Positions 44,601 to 55,465 of a DNA stretch of 64,000 nucleotides are shown piece after piece; the stretch's first letter is position 1; the number at the start of each line of letters is the position of its first letter. Location of the stretch: NCBI GenBank assembly GCA_963778795.1, contig CAVZVU010000001.1, positions 1,777,574 to 1,841,573 of the forward strand, read 5' to 3'. The DNA is from an uncultured Pseudomonadota bacterium (GTDB lineage Bacteria > Myxococcota_A > Polyangia > Fen-1088). The position numbers and the translations under genes are program-made. The notes beneath the pieces were generated by a model. That model saw only the letters and a program-made list of their open reading frames with translations, was not told the origin of the DNA and did no database searches.

Positions 44601-47600
44601 GCGGGCGCCAGCGCCAGCCCCGCCCCGGTCTGCCCGGTGGCGCTGGCGGTCAGGGTCACCGAGCCGCCGGGGGTAGCGGCGAGGGTCAGCGTCCCGGTGC
44701 GCGCCCCGGCGGCCGAGGGACGGAACGAAGCGCCGATGATGCACGTACCGCCGCCGGCGACCGCCACGGTGCAGGTGTTGGTGCCGACGATCAGCTCGGT
44801 CTGGTTGCTGTTGGTCAGCGCGGGCACGCCGGTGGCGACGTCGCCGGTATTGGTGATCGTCCAGGTGAAGGTGCTGCTGGTCGCGTTGACGACGAGGGTC
44901 CCGAAGTTGTTCGTCGTCGTGCCCGAGAGCAGCGCTGGGCGCTGGCCCCTGGCGGTCAGCGGCAGCGGTGTCGGCGTGCCGCCGGTGGCTGCACTGGCGG
45001 CCAGCGTGGCGGTCTGGCGCGCCTGCCGCCGCGGCGGTGAACCTGACCCGGATCGTGCAGCTCGCGCCTCCGGCCAAGATGGTGGTGCCGGTGACGCACT
45101 CGCCGGTGGTCGGGGCCACCAACGCAAATCCGGAGCCGGTGGCGGTGGTCAGCGTCACCGTCACCGGCGTCGTCGCTTGCTGTCCGCTGTTGGTGAGCAG
45201 GTAGGTCTCGACCACGTTGCCGGCGACCAGCACGTTGCCGAAGTTGGTCGACGAACCGGTGGCCGGCGCCAGCCCCAGACCGGCGGCCAACTGTCCGTCG
45301 GCGGTCGCGGTGAACGTGACCGATCCACCGGGCGACGCCGTCACCGTGAGCGTACCGGTGCGCGAGTTCATGCCCGACGGACGGAACGCCACGCCAATCA
45401 TGCAGCTCCCGCCGCCGGCGATGGGCCCGGTGCAGCTGTTCGAGGTGACGAGGACCTCGACCGTGTTGCTGTTGGTCAGCATCGGCTGGCCGGTCATGAC
45501 GTCGCCGCTATTGAAGATGGTCCAGTTGGCGGTGCCGGTGGTGTTGCCGATGACCACCGTGCCGTAGTTGTTGCTGTTCGTGCCGGTGAGCGCGGACACC
45601 CGCTGCCCGCCGCCGGTCAACCCCAGCGTGGCGGTTCCGCCGGTGGTCGCGCTCGCGCCCAGCGTCGCGCTCTGCGTCCCCGCCACGGTCGGCGCGAAGC
45701 GGACGCGCACGCTGCAGCTGCCACCGCCGGGCAGCGTGGTCACGCCGTTCATGCACTCGCCGGTGACCGGCGCGCAGCAGCGTGAACCCCGAGCCCGCGG
45801 CGGAGCTCAGCGTCAGCCCGATCGCCGACGTGGTCTGGTCGCCGGTGTTGTTCACGACGAAGGTCTTGTCGGAGGTCGAGCCGACCAGCACGTTACCGAA
45901 CGCCGTCGACGAGCCGCTGGCCACCGTCACGGCGAGCCGGGCGATGTTCTGTGCGGCGCCGGAGAACGCGGCGACCGCCGCGCCGCCGGGCGTGGCGCTG
46001 ACGCTCAGGCTGGCGGTCTTGTTGCCCGCCGACTTGGGCGCGAACGCCACGACGACCATGCAGGTGCTGCCGCCGGGCAGCGCGCCCGCGCAGTTGCTGG
46101 TCACGATCGTGAAGTCGCTGGCGTTGGCGCCGCCAAGGGCCGCGGCCAGCGCGGTGCCGCTGCCCGCCGGCACGCCGCCGGTGTTGGTCACCGTGATGGT
46201 CTGGTTGGCGCTGGTCGCGCCGACCAGCGTGCTGGGGAAGGTGAAGGCGGTCGGATTGGCGACCAGCGACGCCGAGGCGAGGCCGGTTCCGGTCAGCGAG
46301 ACCGTCGTCGTGCTGCCCCCGCGTCGCCGCGAACTGCAGCGTGCCGCTCATGGGACCGGGCGCCGTCGGCGCGAAGCGGACGGTCACCGAGCAGGAGGTG
46401 GAGGGCGCCAGCATCATCGTGTTGCAGCCGTTGGTGACGATCGCAAACACCGTCGAGCCGACGATGCTCGCGGTGACCGGTCCGGTCGTCGACTGCCCGG
46501 AGTTGCTGACGGTGAAGGTGGCCACCTGGCTGACCGTGCCCTGCTCGACGCCGCGGAAGTCGAATGACGGCACATTCGGCGTCAGGACCCCGGGGGTGAG
46601 CCCGATGCCCGAGAGGCTCGCGGTGGTCATGCCGCCAGCCGTGGCGCTCACGGTGAGCGTCGCCGCCTTTGCCCCCATCGACGTCGGCGCGAAGCGGACG
46701 AGGATCATGCAGCTCCCTTTGCCCGGGATGGCCGCGGTGCAGCCGTTGCCGCCCGCCGGGATCGAGAACTGCGCGCTGTCGGCGCCGCCGATGGTCACGC
46801 TGGGCACCGAGCTGGGGATGTCACCGTCGTTCGTAGACCTGGAACGGGACGGTGGGGCTCGCACCAACCGTCACGGAGTTGAAGTTGTTCGTGGCGGGCG
46901 ACAGCCGCAGCGCGGGATTTGCCAGCGACGTCCCCAAGAGCTGGGCCGTCGCCGTCCCCCTCCCAACTCCGTCAGCGAGAGCGTCGCCAGTTTTGTCCCC
47001 GGCGTCGTGGGCACGAACTGAACCGTCAGCGTGCAGGTGGCATTGGCGACCAGCGTCTTGCCCGTACAGGTGTCGCCGGTGAGGATGGTGAAGTCGGGGG
47101 TCGACATCGCCGGAAGCAACGTCGCGGTTGGCGCCTGACCGCTGTTCGTCGCCGTGAACTGCTTCGAGCTCCCGGGCAGGCCTTGTTGCACCGATCCAAA
47201 ATCCCACGGGCTGGGCGTCAGGACGACCAAGCTCTTGGTGACGGACGAGCCCGAGAGCTGGGCGACGGCGCTGCCGCCGGGGTCGGCGGAGACCTGGAGC
47301 GACACCGATTTGTTGCCCAGGCTGGTGGGCACGAAGCGCGCGGTGATCTGACAGGTCTGCATAGAGGCGAGGATCTGGCCCTTGCACCCGTCAGCGGTGA
47401 TCCCGAAGTTGGGCGCGTCGGCGCCGACCAGCGACGCCGCCGCGATCATGCCGCTGATGCCCTCGCCGGTGTTCTTCACCGTGAATGTCCGGTCGATGCT
47501 GTTCGCCGGCATGACCACCAATCCGAAGCTCTGCGTGAGCGGATCGATCGTCAGCGTTCCGGGCGTGATCCCCTCGCCCAGCAGCGACGCCACCGCATCG

Positions 47601-48127
47601 AAGCCGGTGGCATGGAAGGCGACCGAGCCCTGCTGCTTGCCGACAACGGTGGGCGAGAAGACGACGAACACGCGACAGCTCGTGCCGGCGGGGAGAGGAT
47701 TGCCGCCGCACTCGTCGGTGATCGAAAACCCGGCGCCGGCGCTGGCGGCGTCGAGCACCACGCTGACCCCGTCGCTGGTGCTACCGCCGTCGTTGCTGAC
47801 GGTGAACGTCGCGCTCATGCTGGCGGTGCCGACCGGTACGAGACTGAAGTCGTGCGAGGTGCTGTCGACGACCAGGTGCGCGGGCGCGGGCCGGTCGGTG
47901 GACCCGTCGCCGTCGGCGTGGCCGTCGGTGCGGTCGATTGTCGCGTCGCGGTCGAGCGACGCGCCGTCGCCCGTGCCGATCTGGCTCGCGTCCTCGTTGA
48001 GCCTCCCGCCGCTGTCCATCGGTTCGGTGCACGACGAAGCTGTCAGCAGGACGGACAGGCAAACCAAGATCGCTCGACTAAGAGATCGATATGCTTTGCC
48101 CGCCGCCAGTCCCCCTCCAATAAACAT
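41648..48127 (-). CDS. giant (~2,150 aa) cell-surface lipoprotein built from tandem choice-of-anchor-D-like repeat domains; many frameshifts
   Basis: N-terminus MFIGGGLAAGKAYRSLSRAILVCLSVLLTASSC. About seven ~235-aa units each contain two ~110-aa domains with the recurring pattern FG.V.VG...TQTFVLTNTGQQAT..V.VTLT....GFA.V....GDC......LAGGASCTIHV.FTAPG.G...A.L.....G and GQRPA.L.G.T..NFGT.VVGATS...TWT..N.GD..TG.P.L.N....E..V..N.CT...AGG..C.I.VSF.P....GAR.G.L.L.A.PGG. Signal is spread over ORFs 41648.., 41811.., 44574.., 45508.., 45893.., 46821.. and 46871..48127. Confidence 0.75.
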
Positions 48128-48506
48128 GGCGGAATATTAGGCCTGGAGAACCGTGAGGCTCAAGACGTTTCCCATGGTATGTGATCCACCGTCGGGGCCC
48201 CCCCGAACCGGATCGTCGGTTAGTAACGCGACTGGCTACCGATCTTCCCGGCCATCACCGCGGTCCCTGCGGGGTAGTGAGACGCGGACGCTCCTTCCTC
48301 TGGGCTGTCCCTGACCAACGCACCCGGTACGCGAGTCGTGACGGCCACGTCCGACCAGGCCGGCATTGGTCGCGCGGCCGATCGGTCGCCGCGGTCGGGA
48401 TTCCAGGAAAGCCGGGATCGACGCCAGGATCGACGCAGCCGCCGGCCCCGCCCCGACCTGCGTCGGTTCGGTGGGCCGTGGGCGAAGCCGGAGCCCGTAG
48501 TACGGG

Positions 48507-48861
48507 CTACCGCCTGACTTGCTCCTCGAGGCGCTTGTGCATCTCGTTCGCTTCCTCGCCCGCCTCGGGGAAATCGCCGACATCGATGAGCCGGCGGATC
48601 TCGAGCTCACTGCCGTCGTGGTGCAGCGTCGGGCAGCGCTTCATCCACTCCATCACTTCGTCGAACGACTTCGCCTGCATCATCCAGTAGCCCCCGATGA
48701 GCTCCTTGGTCTCGGCGAAGGGACCGTCGATGATCTGGCGGGTCGTGCCCTCCACGCGGATGCGCTTGCCCTGGCTGCTCGGCCAGAGGCCGCCCGCGTC
48801 GAGAAGCACGCCCGCTTTCACCATTTCCTCGTTGAACCGCATCGTCTCCATGATGACTTTC
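48507..48861 (-). CDS. YciI-like / DGPF-domain protein
   Basis: METMRFNEEMVKAGVLLDAGGLWPSS...IIDGPFAETKELIGGYWMMQAKSFDEVMEWMKRCP. The ATG follows the stop of the upstream oxidoreductase gene by 8 bp. Confidence 0.7.
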
Positions 48862-48871
48862 TGAGGGCGGC

Positions 48872-49900
48872 TCAGCAGATCGCGATCGCGATCTTGCCGC
48901 GCACGCGGCCGTCCTCGAGGTCCCGGATCGCGTCGACGACGCCCTCGAGCGGGATCACGCGATCGATCGATGGCGAGACGCGTCCCGCCTCGACGAGCTC
49001 CTTCACGCGCTCGAGATCGACCGCGGTCTCCTTCGTCGCGTGCATCGCGAAGCGCTGCTTCACGAAGAGGCCGAGCAGGAGCGCGCCCAGCGGGCGGCCG
49101 AAGCCCGCCGTCCAGTCGCCGCCCTGCTCGCCGCCGACGAAGACCAGGCGTCCGGTCGGCGTCATCGCGCGCCGCAGCCGCGCGAGCGGCGTGTTGCCGC
49201 CGGCGTCGAGGATCAGATCCCACTGCCGCGAGCCGTCCGCGAACTCGGCGCTCCGGTAGTCGATCGCCTCGGCGCCGAGCGAGCGCACGAGATCGAGCTT
49301 CGCCGCGCTGCACACGCCGGTCACGTCCGCGCCGAGCGCTCTCGCGATCTGGAGCGCGTACGTGCCGACGCCGCCCGAGGCGCCGACGACGAGGACGCGC
49401 TCGCCCGCGGCGAGCCGTCCCGCGTCGCGCAGCGCCTGGAGCGCGGTGATCGCCGAGACGCCGAGCACCGCGGCCTGCTCGAAGCCGACGCCCGCCGGCT
49501 TCCGCGCCAGCTTGTCCGCGCGCGCGACCGCGAGCTCGGCGAAAGAGCCGCGCGCGATGCCGAAGACCTCGTCGCCGACCGCGAGCCTCGTCACGTTCGC
49601 GCCGATCTCCACGACGGTCCCGGCGACGTCGAGCCCCGGGACCGGCGCGTTCGGCGCCGAGAAGCCGAAGCCCATCAGCCGCATCAGGTAGGGACGGCCG
49701 GTCATGAGGTGCCAGGTGCCCCGGTCGAGGCCGGCGGCGTGCACGCGGACGAGGACCTCGCCGTCGCCGGGCGCCGGTCGCGCCGCACGGCCGAGGCGCA
49801 GCACCTCGGGCCCACCGTAGCCCGACTGAACGATGGCCTTCATCGTCTCGGCTGAATCGCCCACCATTGCGCTCGCCGGAACCGTGGAATTCGCTTGCAT
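48872..49900 (-). CDS. zinc-type alcohol dehydrogenase / NADPH:quinone oxidoreductase (MDR superfamily)
   Basis: MKAIVQSGYGGPEVLRLG...GEVLVRVHAAGLDRGTWHLMTG..., Rossmann motif VLVVGASGGVGTYALQIARALGADV. 342 aa, intact. Confidence 0.8.
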   Translation of the reverse strand: MQANSTVPASAMVGDSAETMKAIVQSGYGGPEVLRLGRAARPAPGDGEVLVRVHAAGLDRGTWHLMTGRPYLMRLMGFGFSAPNAPVPGLDVAGTVVEIGANVTRLAVGDEVFGIARGSFAELAVARADKLARKPAGVGFEQAAVLGVSAITALQALRDAGRLAAGERVLVVGASGGVGTYALQIARALGADVTGVCSAAKLDLVRSLGAEAIDYRSAEFADGSRQWDLILDAGGNTPLARLRRAMTPTGRLVFVGGEQGGDWTAGFGRPLGALLLGLFVKQRFAMHATKETAVDLERVKELVEAGRVSPSIDRVIPLEGVVDAIRDLEDGRVRGKIAIAIC

Positions 49901-49917
49901 CGTCGTCTCCTCGCTAG

Positions 49918-49964
49918 CCTTACGATGTAAGGTGCTGGACGATGTGTAGCCTTACGTTGTAAGG
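49918..49964. promoter_or_regulatory. two 15-bp palindromic TetR-type operators (CCTTACGATGTAAGG at 49918-49932; CCTTACGTTGTAAGG at 49950-49964) in the divergent intergenic region
   Basis: Perfect inverted repeats CCTTAC-N3-GTAAGG, centres 32 bp apart, directly between the divergent oxidoreductase (start 49900) and TetR (start 49979) genes. Confidence 0.75.
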
Positions 49965-49978
49965 TAGTCAAGCACGAC

Positions 49979-50650
49979 ATGGCCGGTCGCAAGAAGAAGC
50001 GCGAGCCGCTCACCCGCGAGCGCGCCCTCCGCGTCGCGATCGAGCTCGCGGACGCCGGCGGCCTCGCGGAGCTGACGATGCGGCGCCTCGCGCAGGAACT
50101 CGGCGTCGAGGCGATGTCGCTCTACCACCACGTCCCGAGCAAGGACGCGATCCTCGACGGCATGATCGACCTCGTGTTCCGCGAGATCGAGCTGCCCTCG
50201 CCGTCGCTCGACTGGAAGACCGCTCTCGCGCGCCGATCGCGGTCCGCGCGCGCCGCGCTCGTCCGTCATCCGTGGGCGATCGGGCTCATGGAGTCGCGCG
50301 CGGCGCCCGGGCCCGCGAACCTCGAGCACCACGACGCCGTCCTCGGCAGCCTCCGCCGCGCGGGCTTCTCGATCCCGCTGACGGCGCACGCGTACGCGGT
50401 GCTCGACGCGTTCGTCTACGGCTTCGCGCACACCGAGATCCAGCTCCCGTTCCACGACGCCGAGGAGACCCACGAGGTCGCGCAGGCGATCTTCGAGCGA
50501 TTCCCGGCCGGCGCGTACCCGCACCTCGCGGAGCTCGCGACCGAGCACGTGCTGAAGCCGGGCTACTCGTACGGCGACGAGTTCGAGTACGGCCTCGCGC
50601 TCGTCCTCGACGGGCTCGAGCGCGCGCTCGAGCGGAAGCGCGCGCGGTGA
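49979..50650 (+). CDS. TetR/AcrR family transcriptional regulator
   Basis: N-terminal [52 protein letters not shown], with a TetR C-terminal ligand domain. 223 aa. Confidence 0.85.
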   Translation: MAGRKKKREPLTRERALRVAIELADAGGLAELTMRRLAQELGVEAMSLYHHVPSKDAILDGMIDLVFREIELPSPSLDWKTALARRSRSARAALVRHPWAIGLMESRAAPGPANLEHHDAVLGSLRRAGFSIPLTAHAYAVLDAFVYGFAHTEIQLPFHDAEETHEVAQAIFERFPAGAYPHLAELATEHVLKPGYSYGDEFEYGLALVLDGLERALERKRAR

Positions 50651-50671
50651 GCGCGTCGCTGTGTCTTCGTG

Positions 50672-50719
50672 ACTTGCTTTTCGCAAGTCGCTCTGGCAGC
50701 ATACTTGTTAAAAGCAAGT
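50672..50719. promoter_or_regulatory. paired inverted repeats ACTTGCTTTTCGCAAGT (50672-50688) and ACTTGTTAAAAGCAAGT (50703-50719) upstream of hxlR-like gene; conserved again at 63479-63525
   Basis: Half-sites ACTTG / CAAGT with a 7-nt spacer, two copies 31 bp apart, ending 15 bp before the ATG. The same arrangement (CTTGCTTTTCGCAAG; ACTTGTGAAACGCAAGT) precedes the paralogous gene at 63535. Confidence 0.6.
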
Positions 50720-50733
50720 CCACAAGTGGAGCC

Positions 50734-51189
50734 ATGAGACGCCGCCATCGAAAATCGGACTGCCCGGTTCACTTCGCGCTCGAGGTGTTTGGTGACCCGT
50801 GGACGCTGCTGATTATCCGCGACCTCATGTTCAAGGACCGCCGGACCTATTCGGACTTCCTCCGGGCCGAGGAGGGGATCGCCACGAACGTCCTCGCGGA
50901 TCGACTGACGCGGCTGGAGCAGGACGGGATCATCGTGAAGGACGAGACGCCCAGCGGGGGCGGCTACCGCCTGACGCCGAAGGGGATCGATCTCCTCCCG
51001 ATCATGATGGAGATCATCGGATGGAGCGCCAAGCATGACCCGCGCACGGCTGCCGACCCCGGATTCGTTCGGCGGCTTCGGGCCGACAGGGACGGTTTCA
51101 CGAAAGAGCTTCGCGGCATCTTGCGCGCGGGGCCCGGCGGCCGGCGACCACTCGAGCGCGGGCCCAAGCGAACGGAGGTGACCTCATGA
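50734..51189 (+). CDS. HxlR-family (MarR-like winged-helix) transcriptional regulator, copy 1
   Basis: CPVHFALEVFGDPWTLLIIRDLMFKDRRTYSDFLRAEEGIATNVLADRLTRLEQDGII matches the HxlR signature (CP.. ...G.KW.L.IL..L). Confidence 0.8.
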   Translation: MRRRHRKSDCPVHFALEVFGDPWTLLIIRDLMFKDRRTYSDFLRAEEGIATNVLADRLTRLEQDGIIVKDETPSGGGYRLTPKGIDLLPIMMEIIGWSAKHDPRTAADPGFVRRLRADRDGFTKELRGILRAGPGGRRPLERGPKRTEVTS

Positions 51190-51650
51190 CCGTGCTGGAG
51201 AATTCGATTCGTATTGACGCCCCGCCTGAGAAAGTCTGGTCCGTCCTGGCCGCACTCGACGCGCTCGAGAAGTACGATCCTGGCGTCTTGAAGTCCGAGA
51301 TGGTCTCGGCGGCGAAGGAGGGGCCGGGGGCCGCGCGGAGGTGCGACCTGGCACCGGGCGGCTGGTTCAAAGAACGGGTCGCTGACTGGCAGCCGAACGA
51401 GGCGCTTTCCTTCGAGCTGTACGAGTGCACGCTGCCCGTGCGCCGCCTCCGCCACAGCTACACGCTCGTGCGAGAGGGGGAGGGCACCATCGTCCGCCAG
51501 CGGATGGAGTACGAGCTGAAGTTCGGCCCGCTCGGCAAGCTTCTCGACGCCGTGATGGTCCGGCGGAAATGGATCGCGGGCATCAAGGGCTTTCTTTCGG
51601 GCCTCAAACGCTACACAGAGGCCGAACAGCGATCGGCGGACGCAGCTTGA
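51186..51650 (+). CDS. SRPBCC (polyketide cyclase/dehydrase-like, Bet v1 fold) protein, copy 1
   Basis: MTVLENSIRIDAPPEKVWSVLAALDALEKYDPGV... start overlaps the HxlR stop (ATGA). 154 aa. Confidence 0.7.
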   Translation: MTVLENSIRIDAPPEKVWSVLAALDALEKYDPGVLKSEMVSAAKEGPGAARRCDLAPGGWFKERVADWQPNEALSFELYECTLPVRRLRHSYTLVREGEGTIVRQRMEYELKFGPLGKLLDAVMVRRKWIAGIKGFLSGLKRYTEAEQRSADAA

Positions 51651-51703
51651 CTCGGACAGCGGATCCGTTGCGCGCGTATCGTTAGGAGCGGTAGCGTTCA
51701 GGG

Positions 51704-51976
51704 GTGGGGGGAAAGAAGACCTTTCGAGCGACACTGTTCCGGTACCCAGGCCCCGGAGGATGGACGTTCGCGCGCGTGCCCGAGGCGCACGCGCCGCCCG
51801 CCACGCACGCGTGGGGTCGGACGCCCGTGAAGGCCACGGTGAACGGGCAATCATGGGATACGAGCGTCTGGCGAGACAAGAAGCACGGAACGCTCCTGCC
51901 TGTCCCCAAGCGGCTGCTCGGCGAGAAGGGAGACGGCGACGTGGTCTCCGTCGAGCTCCGCCCGCGCGACGCCTGA
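51704..51976 (+). CDS. DUF1905-like small protein
   Basis: KTFRATLFRYPGPGGWTFARVP...GRTPVKATVNGQSWDTSVWRDKKHGTLLPVPKRL. 90 aa. Confidence 0.55.
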   Translation: MGGKKTFRATLFRYPGPGGWTFARVPEAHAPPATHAWGRTPVKATVNGQSWDTSVWRDKKHGTLLPVPKRLLGEKGDGDVVSVELRPRDA

Positions 51977-52069
51977 AGGCTCGCGCAGAAACTGCGCGCT
52001 CGGGCGCTTGTTTGGTCCTGTCCTTCAAGGCCGATCTGGCCGGACGCTTGCTTCTAGGGCACGGTAGAC

Positions 52070-54830
52070 GTGTTCCGAAATCGCCGACCACCCATGCCAG
52101 CGCCACCACTTCGTAAGTTCGAGCCCGTGCCCGTGTGGGCCCTCCCGGCGGATGAGGTGTTCACGCGCATTGACAGCCGCCGCGTCGGGCTCGATGGCGC
52201 AGAGCAGGCGCGGCGACTCGGGACGGTGGGACCCAACCGCTTGCCGGACAAGCCGCCGAAATCCCCGTGGGTCGTACTGATCTCGCAGTTCAAGGGGTTC
52301 CTCAACCTGTTGCTGTTGGTCGCGGCGGCGATTGCGTGGGCTGTAGGTGATCTCAAGGACGCGCTGATGATCGGCGCCGTCACCATCTTCAACGCGATCC
52401 TGGGGTTCGTCCAAGAGCATCGTGCCGAGCGCGCCCTGATGGCGCTGAAGCACATGGTGGCCTTCCGCGCGCGCGTCCGCCGTGGCGGGCAAGTGTTCGA
52501 TGTGGCCGCGGAGAACCTCGTTCCGGGAGACGTGGTGCTCCTGGAGGCAGGGGATCGCGTTCCCGCGGATGGACGGCTGTTCTTCAGTCATTCCTTCGAG
52601 GTCGACGAGTCGGCGCTCACGGGAGAATCGGTCCCCGTCCAGAAGAGGGCTGAAGCTGTGGTCCCGCTGACGGCGCCGCTTGCCGAGCGGGTCAACGTCG
52701 TCTTCATGAACTCGGTGATCACGCGCGGCCGCGCCGAGTTGGTGGTCTTCGCCACCGGGCGCTCGACCGAGATGGGGCGTATCGCCGGCATGCTCGAGGC
52801 GACCATCCCGGCGCCGACACCGCTGCAAGTACAGTTGCAGCACCTGGCGAAGCGCCTCGCGCTCATCGCGATGGTGGTCGTCGCCGTGATCTCGGCCGTC
52901 GAGCTACTGCGGGGCGACTCGCTGGCGCAGATGGCGATCGAAGCCGTCGCGCTAGCGGTTGCGGCTGTGCCGGAGGGCCTCCCGACAGTCGTGACGGTGA
53001 CGCTTGCCCTCGGTCTTCATCGCATGGCGCGCCGTCAGGCAATCGTGAAGCGGCTCGCTGCTGTCGAGACGCTGGGGTGCACGACCGTCATCTGCTCGGA
53101 CAAGACAGGCACGCTGACGATGAACCAGATGACCGTTCGAGGCCTCTGGTTTGCGGGCCGGAGGTACACGGTCTCTGGCGAGGGCTACCGGGGAGAAGGC
53201 GAGATCGCCTCGGAGGCTCCAGTGAATCCCCCAGCCGACCTGGCGCCGTTACTCCGTCCCATCGCCGTCTGCAATGACAGCAGGGTGGAGGAGGGTGTCC
53301 TGATCGGGGATCCCACCGAGGGAGCATTGGTAACGCTCGTGATGAAGGCGCGCGTTGACGTGGAGCGGTTGCGCGCGGAGCTACCACGTCTCGCGGAGGT
53401 GCCTTTCGAGTCCGAGCGCAGGTTCATGGCGACGTTTCACCGCGAAGGTGACGCCATCCGCGTCTTCGTGAAAGGCGCGCCCGGGGTCTTGCTGGAGCGT
53501 AGCGCCGCCGTCCTCACGCCGGAAGGCGGTCGCCCTCTGGATGATGGCCAGCGGGAAATCATCAAGAACGAGAATGATCGGCTCGCCGCGAGCGGCCTCC
53601 GCGTCCTCGCGGTCGCCACGCGCGATCTGCCCAGCGCCGATTTCGACCCGACTGGGGACCTTGTCGGGCTCGTCGGCAACCTCACGTTCGTGGGTCTGGT
53701 CGGGATGATGGATCCGCCCCGAGCCGAGGCGCGCGAGGCGATCGGGCTCTGCAAGAGCGCCGGGATCTCCGTGAAGATGATCACCGGCGACCAGCGCGCC
53801 ACCGCTGCCGCGATCGCGGCGGCGCTGGGCCTCGAAGGGGACGCCGTCACTGGGGCTGATCTCGACGGGATGGACGATGTCGACGCTGGCCTCCGCCTTG
53901 CCGACCATCGCGGTCTTCGCCCGTGTCGCGCCCGAGCACAAGCTTCGGATCGTCACCGCGCTACAGGGGCAGCGGCACGTCGTCGCCATGACGGGCGATG
54001 GCGTGAACGACGCTCCCGCGCTTCGAAAAGCCGACATTGGCATCGCGATGGGCTCGGGGACCGAGGTCGCAAAGGAGGCGGCCAGCATGGTCCTCACGGA
54101 CGACAACTTCGCGACCATCGTCAGGGCTGTGCAGGAAGGCCGCACCATCTATGACAACATCGTCAAGTTCGTGCGTTTTCAGCTCTCCACGAACATGGGT
54201 GCGCTTCTCACCGTGTTCGTCGCCCCATTCCTCGGGATGGTGTCCCCGCTTGGCGCCGCGCAGATCCTTTGGGTGGCCATGATCTCCGACGGCCCGCCCG
54301 CCATCGCGCTCGGAGTCGACGTCGCTCGTCCGGGCATCATGAGCGAGCCGCCGCGAGATCCAGCCGCGCGGATCCTGACCTGGCGGAGGTTTCTCAGACT
54401 GCTCTTCCTTGGCGCGGTCATGGCCGGTGGGACCCTCGGCGTGCTGCGCATCGCTGCGGACGGCGTGGCCCCCGCGCGCGCGTCAACCCTCGCATTCACG
54501 ACTTTCGTGCTCTTCCAGGTCTTCAATGTCTTCAACATACGCGCCGAGAACGGAACCGCTCTCAACCGCCAACTGGTGACCAACTTGCGGCTCTTGGTGA
54601 CCCTCGGAATCGTGGTCCTGCTGCAAGTGGCGGTGGTCTACTGGCCGCCGCTGCAGCGCCTGTTCGGGGCCCAGGCGCTCAGCCTCACCGACTGGGCCAT
54701 CTGCTTTGGCGTCGCCTCGAGCGTGGTCGTGGCCGAAGAGATCCGCAAGCTAGGGGCGCGCGGTATCCGGAAGGTGTCTCACGGCAGGGAGGGGATCGGG
54801 CTTCCGCGGATGGCGCCTCGGATCCGATGA
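52070..54830 (+). CDS. P-type ATPase (P2-type cation transporter, Ca2+/Mg2+-ATPase-like); frameshift ~53860
   Basis: TGES, phosphorylation site ICSDKTGTLT, KGAPGVLLER, MITGD, MTGDGVNDAPAL, and C-terminal TM helices. Spans ORFs 52070..54154 and 53877..54830. Confidence 0.85.
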
Positions 54831-54901
54831 GCGTAGGCGAGTCGGCCGCGGCATTCGATTCCCGCGGGGACGGCTCCTCAAGTAATCTGTAGGGCGATGG
54901 C

Positions 54902-55121
54902 TTACGATACGAAGCTCGCCGAGCGGCTTCGCCGCGCGGTTGCGACCCGTCGAGGCGTGACCGAGATAGGCGATGTTCGGTGGTCTGGCATTCTTGCTCG
55001 ACGCAGGGCCCCTCGATGAGGGGGTGAAAAAACATCGCGGTGAAGTGTCCAACTGGCCGGCTCTCGCGCGTCGTTTAGGTGCCGGCCAGGTGGCCGGCGT
55101 AAAAAACCACAGGAGACCATG
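54902..55121 (+). pseudogene. TfoX N-terminal-domain-like fragment (frameshifted)
   Basis: MAYDTKLAERLRRAVATRRGVTE then, after a 1-nt shift, MFGGLAFLLD... This matches the TfoX_N opening (M.YDE.LA.R.R..L....GV.E..MFGG.AF), but it is too short and shifted to be functional as written. Confidence 0.4.
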
Positions 55122-55463
55122 ATGCCGACGCAAAAATACCTGTTCATCCAGCGCCGCGGCCCTGGAAAGCAGGAACCACCTTCCCCAGCCCAGATGCAGG
55201 AAATGTACGCCGCCTTCAATGCCTGGAAGGAGAAGTTCAAAGAAAATATCGTGGACATGGGAGGCAAGCTCAAGCCCGGCGGTAAAATCCTGACCGCGTC
55301 AGGTGTGACGGACGGGCCCTTCGTCGAGGTCAAGGAGATCGTCGGCGGTTTCATGATTGTCTCCGCCGAGAGCTACGAGCGCGCGCTCGAGGTCGCGCGG
55401 GAGAGTCCGGGGTTGACGAGTCCGGGATCGAGCATCGAGATCCGGGAGATGGCGGGCCCCTGA
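55119..55463 (+). CDS. YciI-like / DGPF-domain protein (second copy in window)
   Basis: MMPTQKYLFIQRRG...SGVTDGPFVEVKEIVGGFMIVSAESYERALEVARESPGL. 114 aa. Confidence 0.7.
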   Translation: MMPTQKYLFIQRRGPGKQEPPSPAQMQEMYAAFNAWKEKFKENIVDMGGKLKPGGKILTASGVTDGPFVEVKEIVGGFMIVSAESYERALEVARESPGLTSPGSSIEIREMAGP

Positions 55464-55465
55464 CA

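Noticed and set aside
42414-45785. Long + strand ORFs (42414..43886, 43730..45040, 44112..45785) opposite the giant gene
   Set aside because: Repetitive antisense frames of the choice-of-anchor-D repeats (Ala/Pro/Val/Thr-rich mirror sequences); the coding strand is minus, as shown by the lipoprotein N-terminus and domain motifs.
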